Below, in pieces: positions 56,052 through 64,000 of a stretch of 64,000 nt of DNA; the stretch's first letter is position 1, and every line of letters begins with the position of its first letter. The stretch covers positions 71,230 to 135,229 of the forward strand of contig JBKHVI010000001.1 in the NCBI GenBank assembly GCA_046570105.1. Direction: 5' to 3'. Origin of the DNA: Bacteriovoracia bacterium. Lineage in GTDB: Bacteria; Bdellovibrionota; Bacteriovoracia; Bacteriovoracales; Bacteriovoracaceae. The translations under genes were made by a program, and so were the position numbers. The notes beneath the pieces were generated by a model. It saw nothing but the letters and a program-made list of their open reading frames with translations, ran no database searches and had not been told where the DNA came from.

Positions 56052-56084
56052 AAAAAAAAGGCCCGGGTTAAACCCAGGCCTTTT
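56052..56084. terminator. bidirectional rho-independent terminator (serves the minus-strand porin gene)
   Basis: The order is A8, GGCCCGGG-TTAAA-CCCAGGCC (7 of 8 bp paired), then T4. Confidence 0.65.
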
Positions 56085-56102
56085 CTACCTAAAAGTGTAC
56101 CT

Positions 56103-56122
56103 AAAAGTGCATGACACCTTTT
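56103..56122. repeat. degenerate third copy of the REP-like hairpin (AAAAGTG-CATGA-CACCTTTT)
   Basis: Seen directly, just downstream of the porin stop. A tandem ACCTAAAAGTG duplication precedes it. Confidence 0.3.
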
Positions 56123-56129
56123 GGAAATT

Positions 56130-57365
56130 TTAGAACTTGTAAGTCATAGCGACGCGAGCGAGTAGACGGTTTGAATTCAAGATTCCGTTACTTGGTGCTG
56201 TGTTATTGGTCGCAGTAGCAGCCGAAGTCATCAGCAATCCGTCGATAGCGAAATCACCAAACTTCAAAGTAGCACCTGAACGGACAGATGTTGTATTCGC
56301 TTTGGTACGCTTCTTGTCTGGGTTCTGAGCGACAACGTTTGTGTTAACCAATGGCAATAGGTCTTCATCGTAGTCGTTGTCTTGCTCATTGATTATACTC
56401 TGAGAGATTGAACCACGAAGAGTCAGCCATGAAGCAGCGTCCACTTCTAAACCAACTACGACTGGAACAGCGTAATCATCAATCGTTGCTTTGCCGTCAT
56501 CTTTGGTATCAAGCTCACGCTTGTTCAACACATAAGATACTTTATAGAACAAAGTCGCTTTGTCGTTAAGCTTAGTCTCGCGACCGTAACCCACGATAAA
56601 ACGATCAGTTTGCGCATCAGCTTCACCTGTATAAGCAGGAGCTGCAGCTGTCGTTGCAACTTGAGAGACAGAACTCTCTTGTTCCCAAGCAGCGTGGCGC
56701 CAGAAAGCAAATACGCTTGCCTGATTGTCGATACGGTATGTTCCACCTAATTCGTAACCAAGCTTACCCTTGAATTCTTCTTTATCCCCTGCACCTGCAT
56801 CAAGATCGCCCTCGAAAGAGTTGATCAATGAAACGTTAGCAAAAGCTTCAAACTTGCCAGCGATAACACCTAGACGAGCTGATAACGTCTGGCTCTCAAG
56901 ATCTTCGAATGTGCCATCTGTATCATCTTTGTTTTGTGAATAAGTAAGGTTTGCTCCCCACTTAACTGAAGACTCTCCAGCTAAGAAAAGATCAAGCTGG
57001 TTATCTTGATGAATCACTCGGCGGTTTGTGACCAAGTAGCCGCGTGCTTCGTTTACAGAAGCAGATTCGCCACCGAAGTAAGCACCAGCGACCATGTTGT
57101 TCCAGCCGTAAAGAACACCACCCTCAGCCTGTGGATTATTATTGGCGTCAGCTTTAGTTCCCGCGGCGCCATCACCACCCAATTCAAAGATCGCAGTATC
57201 TTTGTAATTGTTAGCATGAGCTGAGTTGAGGAAAATATTACGATTATCGTTAATGTACTGTGAGCCACCGATATCTTCGCCTAAAGCGACGAGACGTGCT
57301 TTGGTTGCGAACGCCGGAGTCGCGAGGACTGCCAAGGCTGCTCCAAGAACAAGATGCTTTTTCAT
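56130..57365 (-). CDS. outer-membrane beta-barrel porin-like protein (paralog 1)
   Basis: The signal peptide is MKKHLVLGAALAVLATPAFA. It has an alternating beta-strand pattern and a C-terminal MTYKF. It is a paralog of the next gene. Confidence 0.7.
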   Translation of the reverse strand: MKKHLVLGAALAVLATPAFATKARLVALGEDIGGSQYINDNRNIFLNSAHANNYKDTAIFELGGDGAAGTKADANNNPQAEGGVLYGWNNMVAGAYFGGESASVNEARGYLVTNRRVIHQDNQLDLFLAGESSVKWGANLTYSQNKDDTDGTFEDLESQTLSARLGVIAGKFEAFANVSLINSFEGDLDAGAGDKEEFKGKLGYELGGTYRIDNQASVFAFWRHAAWEQESSVSQVATTAAAPAYTGEADAQTDRFIVGYGRETKLNDKATLFYKVSYVLNKRELDTKDDGKATIDDYAVPVVVGLEVDAASWLTLRGSISQSIINEQDNDYDEDLLPLVNTNVVAQNPDKKRTKANTTSVRSGATLKFGDFAIDGLLMTSAATATNNTAPSNGILNSNRLLARVAMTYKF

Positions 57366-57399
57366 GTTTCACTCCATTTAAGTGCAGGAAGAGTTTTCA

Positions 57400-57432
57400 A
57401 AAAAAAAGGGCCAGCAAGCTGGCCCTTTTTTT
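57400..57432. terminator. bidirectional rho-independent terminator between the two porin genes
   Basis: An A-run precedes GGGCCAGC-AA-GCTGGCCC, which is followed by T7. Confidence 0.8.
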
Positions 57433-57441
57433 AACTTTCGT

Positions 57442-58581
57442 TTAGAAACGGTAAGTCATTGATACGCGAGTCATCAAGTTAGATGAATCGATTTCACCAG
57501 CTGTACCGCTTGCAGTGTTACCGATCATACCGTCGACAGCCATATCGCCGAACTTCAAAGAAGCACCAGCAGCTACTACAGTTGTGTTAGCTTCTGTGTT
57601 CTTGTTTGAGTCAGAGTTAGCAACTGCTGCTTTAGTTTCAACTTCGTTGATCAAGATTTCTTGAGAAACTGAACCACGAAGAGTCAACCAAGAAGCTGCG
57701 TCGAACTCAAGACCGATAGTCGCAGACAAATCGCTTTCGTTATTTTCGCCATCTTCTCCAGCATCCTTAACATCGCTAGTTGTATTTGTGTATGCAACTT
57801 TTGTGAAAAGAACTGCTTTGTCATTCAACTTGTCTTGGCGAGCAACACCCAAAGACATTTCGTTTGATTCAACGTTATTATCGCCGTCAACTTCAAACTC
57901 ATTCATTCCGTAATAACCGAAAGCAGTGTAGCCGTTCCAGCTGTAAGAACCACCAATTTCAGTATCACCTTTGCGCTCTACTTCTACGTCTTGATCTTTA
58001 TGATCTGTCTTACCTGTGATGCCGTACTTCAAGTAAGCAGCCCATGGGCCCTGGCTAAGACCAACTGCAAGATCCATAACATCTGTCTTAGCTTCTGTGT
58101 TTGTAGCAAGACCAGCACCGCCGTCACCAGCATTGAAGTCATCATTCTTCTGTGATGAGTAAGTCAACTGAACGCCCCACTTGATACCAGCGTCGCCGCC
58201 GATGAAAAGATCAAGTGCGTTTGTTGCTTGATAAACGAATAGGTCACCAGCATCAACATCACCATCATCGTTAGCGTCTGTTGCAAAAGAATCAGTACCT
58301 TCGTTGTAAGAAAGATTGCGGCCCATGTGTGCGCCCCAAACCAAGTTACCAGCGTTACGGATGAATCCACCTTCGCCGTTTCCGCCGTCATTTTCTAATT
58401 CGTAAGTAACGAAATCTTTTTGGTTATTAACTTCAGACGCGTTAAGGAAGATGTTACGGTTATCTTGGATGTAGAATGAACCGTTAGTATCTTCACCCAA
58501 AGCTGCCAAACGAGCTTTAGATGCGAATGCAGGAGCAGCTAGTACAGCCAATCCAGCGGCGAGAGCGAGTTGCTTTTTCAT
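57442..58581 (-). CDS. outer-membrane beta-barrel porin-like protein (paralog 2)
   Basis: ATG 58581 has GGAGAT upstream. The signal peptide is MKKQLALAAGLAVLAAPAFA. It shares KARLxALGED...DNRNIFLN and WLTLRGS motifs with paralog 1 and ends in MTYRF. Confidence 0.7.
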   Translation of the reverse strand: MKKQLALAAGLAVLAAPAFASKARLAALGEDTNGSFYIQDNRNIFLNASEVNNQKDFVTYELENDGGNGEGGFIRNAGNLVWGAHMGRNLSYNEGTDSFATDANDDGDVDAGDLFVYQATNALDLFIGGDAGIKWGVQLTYSSQKNDDFNAGDGGAGLATNTEAKTDVMDLAVGLSQGPWAAYLKYGITGKTDHKDQDVEVERKGDTEIGGSYSWNGYTAFGYYGMNEFEVDGDNNVESNEMSLGVARQDKLNDKAVLFTKVAYTNTTSDVKDAGEDGENNESDLSATIGLEFDAASWLTLRGSVSQEILINEVETKAAVANSDSNKNTEANTTVVAAGASLKFGDMAVDGMIGNTASGTAGEIDSSNLMTRVSMTYRF

Positions 58582-58732
58582 GAAATCTCCTTGTTTCAAA
58601 ATGACGTTGGTCATTCCTAAATTAAGCAAACAAATAACTTTATACGTTAAGTGTGTAAGTGTTCTTTCTTTTTGGCAATACTGTTTTTGTTGGTTGCATT
58701 TTGCATAGGGGCAAACTCATTGGTCCTATCAA

Positions 58733-59332
58733 TTAAAACAACACATCAAACTTCAAAAAATTAATCTTAAGTTCTGTGCCACTGGTGTAGTACTCATCAC
58801 GAATACCACCGCCGTAGCGACGGAAAATGAATTCAAACGTTGGTGCGTAAGAAATATTGGCCATCGCGTAATTGCCCATGTCCCAGCGCTTCCCAGCCTC
58901 AGCATTGAAAACGATATTTAAACCGTTCTCATCATTCTGGCCCTGAGCATCGATGGTTTCCCACTCTCCACCAATCAACACACCAGCAAACATTGAGTTC
59001 TTAATATCCGAAGCATCATGATTAACCACGACACCTGCACTCAATGCATAAACTGAGTTCGTGGTATCTCCACCTTGATCAAGATGATTACGCTCAACAC
59101 GTGCCACACCTTTGAACATCAAATTAGGATACTCATTAATAGTCTGAGCGAAGTTAGCGTTGATCTTAAATTGATTCTGATCACGATCTTTTGTATCGCC
59201 TTTACCACTGTCTTTTTTGAACATCAGTCCACCTGAGTAACCCAGCTGAAAAGCATCAACAGAAACGATACGATTTTGTGCGCGAGCGGCTGCGACGCAA
59301 AGTAGAGCAGCGAAGAGAACGAGAATCTTCAC
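58733..59332 (-). CDS. small outer-membrane beta-barrel protein
   Basis: The signal peptide is MKILVLFAALLCVAAARA. The 199-aa protein has a beta-strand pattern and a terminal F (FDVLF). Confidence 0.6.
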   Translation of the reverse strand: MKILVLFAALLCVAAARAQNRIVSVDAFQLGYSGGLMFKKDSGKGDTKDRDQNQFKINANFAQTINEYPNLMFKGVARVERNHLDQGGDTTNSVYALSAGVVVNHDASDIKNSMFAGVLIGGEWETIDAQGQNDENGLNIVFNAEAGKRWDMGNYAMANISYAPTFEFIFRRYGGGIRDEYYTSGTELKINFLKFDVLF

Positions 59333-59452
59333 GAGTAGTCCTTGGTTGATGGTCTTAAGATAGAGTTTAGGAAGAGGCGCTGAGCGAAATCAAGCATGAC
59401 TCTTTGAGTTAGCCTAATCTGATGCATTTACGTCAAGTTTCTGACGCAAAGT

Positions 59453-60562
59453 TTAGCAAAGATCGCCTAGAAATGACGACCAGTTAAGAACTTCAATCTG
59501 TGAGGGTGTTGAGTATTCTTTTTTTCCAATAGCGTGCAACTGAATACAGCGACAATTAGGAAATTTATTTTTGAAGTATTTTAAGCTTGGTGAAACTTCT
59601 GCATCAGACCACTTCACTTCAATAGCAAGGATGGGATTCTTACCGTCCACAATAACAAAATCGACTTCTCTTTGTTCGCGATCTCGAAAGTACCTTAGCT
59701 CCCAATTCAGTCCCTCTGTGTCCTGCTGAAAATGTACCCATTTCAATAAGTGTATCGCCACTAAGTTTTCAAAGCGTAAAGATTCCTCAGGCACCAGCGC
59801 CCAATCATAGTGATAGTGCTTTTGTTCTTTTTTGACGGCACGAATCTTAGGAGACCCAAAAGGAGATAAACGAACTATCCCGTAAAGCCTTTCAAGAATA
59901 TCAACCCATTTGCCGATTGAACGTGGAGTGGCCTGCAGATCTTCCTGGAGTGAATTAATGGAAAGTGGGCTGCCAACTAAATTAGGAAGATGATGAAGCA
60001 TCAACTCCATTTTCTGAAGTTCTTGCGTTTGCTCCATGGAGGTCACATCTTCATATATAAGACGTTGGCGATAATCTCTCGTCCAGCGCCGAGCAAAAGT
60101 TTCTGAACCTTTTAAAAATGGTTCTGGAAAACCACCTAGTGTCAGAAGGTCTAAAAAATCTTTCTGAGATTTTAATTTAAGTTCTGCCACAGAAAGAGGA
60201 TGCATTCTGAGGTAAAAATAGCGGCCTTGCAGAGAATCTCCACCGAAACGATAAAGGTCTAAGCGAGCACTCCCCGTAACAAGAATCTTTTTTTGATCTT
60301 TATGGAGATCGTAGAAGCCTTTTAAATAATTTCGCCATTGCCGGTATTTGTGAATCTCATCAAATACAATAAAAGATTCACGTGGATATTCTTTCTTGAG
60401 AATACTCTCCCTATCAATAGGAACATCCCAATTCAAATATCTCCCAGTTTTTGGCATAAGCGTACGCGACAGCGTTGTCTTACCAACCTGACGAGGCCCT
60501 CCAAGGAAGACCATTTTTTCAGCTAGATCTGATTTTATCTGTTTTATTAGGTATCGGTTCAC
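59453..60562 (-). CDS. AAA-family ATPase with DUF4143-type C-terminal domain
   Basis: It has a GTG start, Walker A GGPRQVGKTT and Walker B IVFDEIH. The C-terminal PD-(D/E)xK-like region is REVDFVIVDG...AIEVKW. Confidence 0.75.
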   Translation of the reverse strand: MNRYLIKQIKSDLAEKMVFLGGPRQVGKTTLSRTLMPKTGRYLNWDVPIDRESILKKEYPRESFIVFDEIHKYRQWRNYLKGFYDLHKDQKKILVTGSARLDLYRFGGDSLQGRYFYLRMHPLSVAELKLKSQKDFLDLLTLGGFPEPFLKGSETFARRWTRDYRQRLIYEDVTSMEQTQELQKMELMLHHLPNLVGSPLSINSLQEDLQATPRSIGKWVDILERLYGIVRLSPFGSPKIRAVKKEQKHYHYDWALVPEESLRFENLVAIHLLKWVHFQQDTEGLNWELRYFRDREQREVDFVIVDGKNPILAIEVKWSDAEVSPSLKYFKNKFPNCRCIQLHAIGKKEYSTPSQIEVLNWSSFLGDLC

Positions 60563-60572
60563 ACCCCCATTA

Positions 60573-60618
60573 TATACAGGTGTATAAAAAAGTCACTTCC
60601 ATTTTATACATGTGTATC
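60573..60618. promoter_or_regulatory. two related palindromes, TATACA-GG-TGTATA and TATACA-TG-TGTAT, 32 bp apart in the ATPase promoter region
   Basis: Seen directly. The first overlaps a minus-strand TATAAT (60574-60569) located just upstream of the GTG start. Confidence 0.35.
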
Positions 60619-60642
60619 AAACGGGGGACACCTCTCAAAGTT

Positions 60643-61746
60643 TTAGGTACTTAAAAGAGAGCGTGCTAAGAAACGAGCCTCTGAAGTAGAGGCTGCAATC
60701 TGCCCTATTACATGCAACCTAGGCACTGAAACGAGAAGCGCCTCAGCAAGCTTAGGCTCGGTCGGCCATTCAAGAAAATCTTCTGAAGCAAGTATGTGTT
60801 CTTTACGAATGCTTTTTTCAAAATCATTCAGCACACGCTCAAGTACACGCTTAGCTAATTTAATCTTATCTGCCATGCCTTCACTGGTGGGCTCTTCATC
60901 TTGTAAAAGAATAAGAGCATTGACTGGATAACACTTACGAGTTTCATCCCAAGATTGAATATCAAGAATGAAGTGTCCCCACTCGTGAGTCATACTCTGA
61001 GGTATAAAGAGCGTGCGAGGCTCAGGATGCATTTCTTTAGTGCACTCCCATGAGAGCGCAATACCGGCCTGACGTTGAATAGAAGCAAACCACGCACCTG
61101 CTTCAGCTGGCAAAGTTTGTCCCTGCTCTGTGGCCTTTAGTATTTGCTTTGCCGGCAATGAAGTCCAAAGCTCAGTACAAGTCACTTCACCCAAATCATG
61201 GAACAGCATCCACCACTCATCTTGATGAGCGAGGTCAGTCGGAGCTTGTTTCTCTAATTTTTCAAGAACTCGAACACCTTGATAGCTTTTAAGAATCTCG
61301 TCTAGATTATCCCAATCACTTTTTGAAAACAGTGAGGCGAGTGAAATTTCTTGGCGCTCTGGAAGAAAATAAGACTCTCCCGGCATGCATTCCATGGGCT
61401 TCGCGCGACTACCAAACTTATGCCACTGCCCTTCTTTAGCGAACATTGTTTCGTGTTCGAAGCGGGCACTTTGACAGTTGGGAAACTTAGCGGCAATCGC
61501 TAATGTTTCTTCGTTATTTCTTAGCTGAGAGGTGCCTGCGTGGAATGTTTCAATAAGTGTCTGCTTAGTGAGAAAGCGCGGAGTGAGAAGGCGCAAAGCC
61601 TCAGGGCCATGTGTATTCTTTAACTCAACAAGCTTCAGTACGGCAGCTAGATCATGCCCCAAAATCACATGCGTGATATGCAGGCGTGTCGCCGTAGATT
61701 TAGTGTCGTCTTTTTGTCTTTTGAATGCTTTTAATCCGAAACTCAT
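60643..61746 (-). CDS. hypothetical protein (367 aa)
   Basis: A long ORF with coding-like composition. I recognised no family. Confidence 0.5.
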   Translation of the reverse strand: MSFGLKAFKRQKDDTKSTATRLHITHVILGHDLAAVLKLVELKNTHGPEALRLLTPRFLTKQTLIETFHAGTSQLRNNEETLAIAAKFPNCQSARFEHETMFAKEGQWHKFGSRAKPMECMPGESYFLPERQEISLASLFSKSDWDNLDEILKSYQGVRVLEKLEKQAPTDLAHQDEWWMLFHDLGEVTCTELWTSLPAKQILKATEQGQTLPAEAGAWFASIQRQAGIALSWECTKEMHPEPRTLFIPQSMTHEWGHFILDIQSWDETRKCYPVNALILLQDEEPTSEGMADKIKLAKRVLERVLNDFEKSIRKEHILASEDFLEWPTEPKLAEALLVSVPRLHVIGQIAASTSEARFLARSLLST

Positions 61747-61785
61747 GCCTGCGAGTATGTCACAGGCATGATGGATTAGAAAAGA

Positions 61786-63282
61786 TTACTTAATAGCGAG
61801 CTTGTCACCTGGTAGCAATTGACGACGACGCAGATGATTATTGGAACGCACAATGACGTCCATCGACACACCTGTTTTGCGAGAAATTTCCCACAAAGTG
61901 TCACCCTTTTTAACTACATAGAACTTACTAGGCTGGCGAATGCGTGGGCCATTTTCGCTCACACTACTAATAGCACGGTAGTAAGAACGGCGTGCTTTAC
62001 GGAAGCGACGTGGAACTTCGTAAAGATCAGCGTACATTCTATCACGCGCACTTTGATCGGCACGGAATGGAAGACGAATCTCAGTTCCTTTGTCCAGGCG
62101 CTTACCAACGGCTTCAGGATTAAGCGCAGTCAGGACTGGCAGCGGAATGCGATGTTGATTAGAAGCTTCTTGGAGTGTGAAAGGTTTTTTACCTGTCCAC
62201 GTTTGATACTTCGTGGCAGTCAAAACAGTTTTGTCTTCGAGTGCAGTCCACTTCTCTTTGGTGCCCACTGGAACACGTAGAGTGTAAGTTTCTACCAACG
62301 GTGGAGTTTGCCAACGCAACAACTCTGGGTTGTAGCGATGCAATTCTTCGAATGGAATTCCAATTGTGTTAGCAATTTCCATCAAGTCGGTATTACCTGG
62401 AACATCGAGCTGTTCATAATCAAGTGGGTGATGGAAAGCCAGCTGGTTAAAACCAAAGGCTTCGAGGTTTTTTCCGATAATCGCAAGCGCCATGATCTTA
62501 GGAACGTAATTTTTTGTTTCTGGCTTAAGATAACGACCTTTCGTCAGCTTCCAAAAATCACGAGTCCCATAGCGCTTGATGGCGCGAGCAATCTTACCTT
62601 CACCGGCGTTGTAACCAGCTGTTGCCAGTTCCCATGAACCGAAGAGGTCATGCAAATCTTTTAAGTAACCAGCAGCGGCTACTGAAGCTTTCAAAGGATC
62701 ACGACGCTCATCCATCCACCAGTCTTGATTAAGACCGTATTTGCGACCAGTGAAACTCATGAACTGCCAAGGGCCCATGGCACTCGCGTGAGACTTAGCA
62801 ATATTTTGAAAACCTGATTCTGCCATCGCGAGATAAATCAAATCGCGTGGAAGACCGTTGTCATTGAGAATTTTTGATAGGACTGGAGCGTAGCGACCAC
62901 CGCGTTCAGCATAGCGAGCGAACCACTCACGGCCGCGACCAGTGAAGTAGTTAACCCATTTTGCGACAGCTGGGTTCCATGTGACAGGAATATCAAAATG
63001 GGTGTTTTTGAGATTGAGATGTTCGGCACCTTTGAGTTCATATACTCGCAAAGGTGAAGTGAATGTTCCGTGATGAGAACTTCCTAGGATGCAGCCTTCG
63101 CAAGCAGCTAAATCACGCTCAACCAATTGCTGTTGAACGCGCCCTCCAGGAGTGTAAGTCGCTTCTTCTCCAAAACTCTTCCAACCGCTGTCAGCAGTCT
63201 TAGTTTGCTTAGGTGATGAGGTGGCGCAAGCACCGACGAGGATCGAGAGCGACAGCAAAGATACGGTGCTAAATTTCATCAT
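61786..63282 (-). CDS. membrane-bound lytic murein transglycosylase with LysM domains (MltD-like)
   Basis: The lipobox is SILVGACAT and the SLT motif is AESGFQNIAKSHASAMGPWQFM. The C-terminal LysM is YVVKKGDTLWEISRKTGVSMDVIV. Confidence 0.8.
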   Translation of the reverse strand: MMKFSTVSLLSLSILVGACATSSPKQTKTADSGWKSFGEEATYTPGGRVQQQLVERDLAACEGCILGSSHHGTFTSPLRVYELKGAEHLNLKNTHFDIPVTWNPAVAKWVNYFTGRGREWFARYAERGGRYAPVLSKILNDNGLPRDLIYLAMAESGFQNIAKSHASAMGPWQFMSFTGRKYGLNQDWWMDERRDPLKASVAAAGYLKDLHDLFGSWELATAGYNAGEGKIARAIKRYGTRDFWKLTKGRYLKPETKNYVPKIMALAIIGKNLEAFGFNQLAFHHPLDYEQLDVPGNTDLMEIANTIGIPFEELHRYNPELLRWQTPPLVETYTLRVPVGTKEKWTALEDKTVLTATKYQTWTGKKPFTLQEASNQHRIPLPVLTALNPEAVGKRLDKGTEIRLPFRADQSARDRMYADLYEVPRRFRKARRSYYRAISSVSENGPRIRQPSKFYVVKKGDTLWEISRKTGVSMDVIVRSNNHLRRRQLLPGDKLAIK

Positions 63283-63540
63283 TTTGGATCATCCTTTCCA
63301 ACCAAAGATCGTTTTTACTCCAGCCTGGAGCAACAAGCCTAATTCTACCTTAGGCTTGACGGCACATTCTTCAGTAAAGTTTAGCTCGAACAATAACTCT
63401 CATGATGACCGTAAATCCAAAGGTTTGTCGACTCAATATCCTGCACCTCGCCGAACTATTTTTCCCCATCGGGGCACTTGGTGGTTCGATATCTTCTGAC
63501 TATTTTTCTCTGGCTTTTCTTTTGTGCTAATCTTTAATGC

Positions 63541-64000
63541 ATGAAATTAAGTTCTCTCATTCTCGTAATTTTTTGTTTTTGCGCGCATGCCAAGGTTGAT
63601 CCAAAAAACTACGACTTCAGCACCGATACCCTCGCTGAATTTTTTCCAGGAAAAGAACTAAGTAGTATCGAATCGAAGTATGGCAAAGCAGACATTATGC
63701 GCGAGCGTGGTGAACGAAAAATGCTACGTTTTTGGGTAACACAAATTCGCTACAAATTTCCTGTCATCGTCCAAGTCGAAAATGGCAAAGTTCTCGATAT
63801 GTTCGCCAAACTTCCTTCCTATTTTTTACATGATATTTTTCACCATTCACTGATTAAGCGATGGGGCCAACAAAAAATTTATAACCGAGTGGATGAAGAG
63901 GCTTATTATCGATGGGAGGATGACGAAAAAATCATGCATTATTCTGCTTCTTGCACGATTACTTGTTTTCCGATTTATTTCACTGTCTCTCCCGCCAAAA
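63541..64000 (+). CDS. hypothetical exported protein (partial; runs off the right edge)
   Basis: From ATG 63541 the frame is open to the window end; I translated 153 codons with no stop. The signal peptide is MKLSSLILVIFCFCAHA. Confidence 0.55.
   Translation, partial: MKLSSLILVIFCFCAHAKVDPKNYDFSTDTLAEFFPGKELSSIESKYGKADIMRERGERKMLRFWVTQIRYKFPVIVQVENGKVLDMFAKLPSYFLHDIFHHSLIKRWGQQKIYNRVDEEAYYRWEDDEKIMHYSASCTITCFPIYFTVSPAK

Noticed and set aside
63470-63500. A GGTTCGAT T-loop-like motif suggesting a tRNA.
   Set aside because: The flanking bases cannot form a T-stem (GGTGG versus TCTTC), and I could build no acceptor or anticodon arms.

Overview
This is a 64-kb chromosomal window from a Gram-negative bacterium. 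The gene content fits a Bdellovibrio-like or deltaproteobacterial-type lineage, but that is inference only. Supporting traits are a single-chain glyQS next to ppdK, a sigma-54 activator, many PAS/HAMP sensors, Mla/Lpt/MsbA envelope genes, and many small lipoproteins and F-terminated beta-barrel OMPs. I count about 60 tightly packed protein genes and see no rRNA, tRNA or CRISPR. The backbone genes are mlaEFD, metK, mpl, ppdK, glyQS, an msbA-like exporter, gmhB, recO, lepA, trkAH, a rodZ-like gene, lptF/G, pepA, trmL, mtgA, rlmC-like and mltD-like. Seven regions stand out. (1) At 4.3-6.9 kb, an MNIO (DUF692) plus DUF2063 RiPP-maturase pair sits with an 86-aa Sec-signal, Lys/Cys-rich precursor, divergently paired with an ECF sigma and a ZAS-type anti-sigma. 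(2) At 54.2-56.1 kb, an orphan Y1 HUH (RAYT/IS200-like) gene abuts the largest non-coding gap. That gap holds three tandem ~276-bp units, each resembling an independently promoted and terminated ~200-nt structured RNA with compensatory base changes, plus a fourth unrelated, highly structured ~200-nt segment. (3) A 24-nt identical REP-like hairpin occurs at two gene ends 50 kb apart. (4) A ~167-bp MITE-like insertion with 14-bp inverted repeats and a 15-bp target duplication lies between two convergent genes. (5) A PAS histidine kinase is frameshifted. (6) There is an HTH-PIN toxin-antitoxin pair. (7) There is a small OMP-OMP-metzincin operon. All calls come from reading the sequence and ORF translations; no database search was run.
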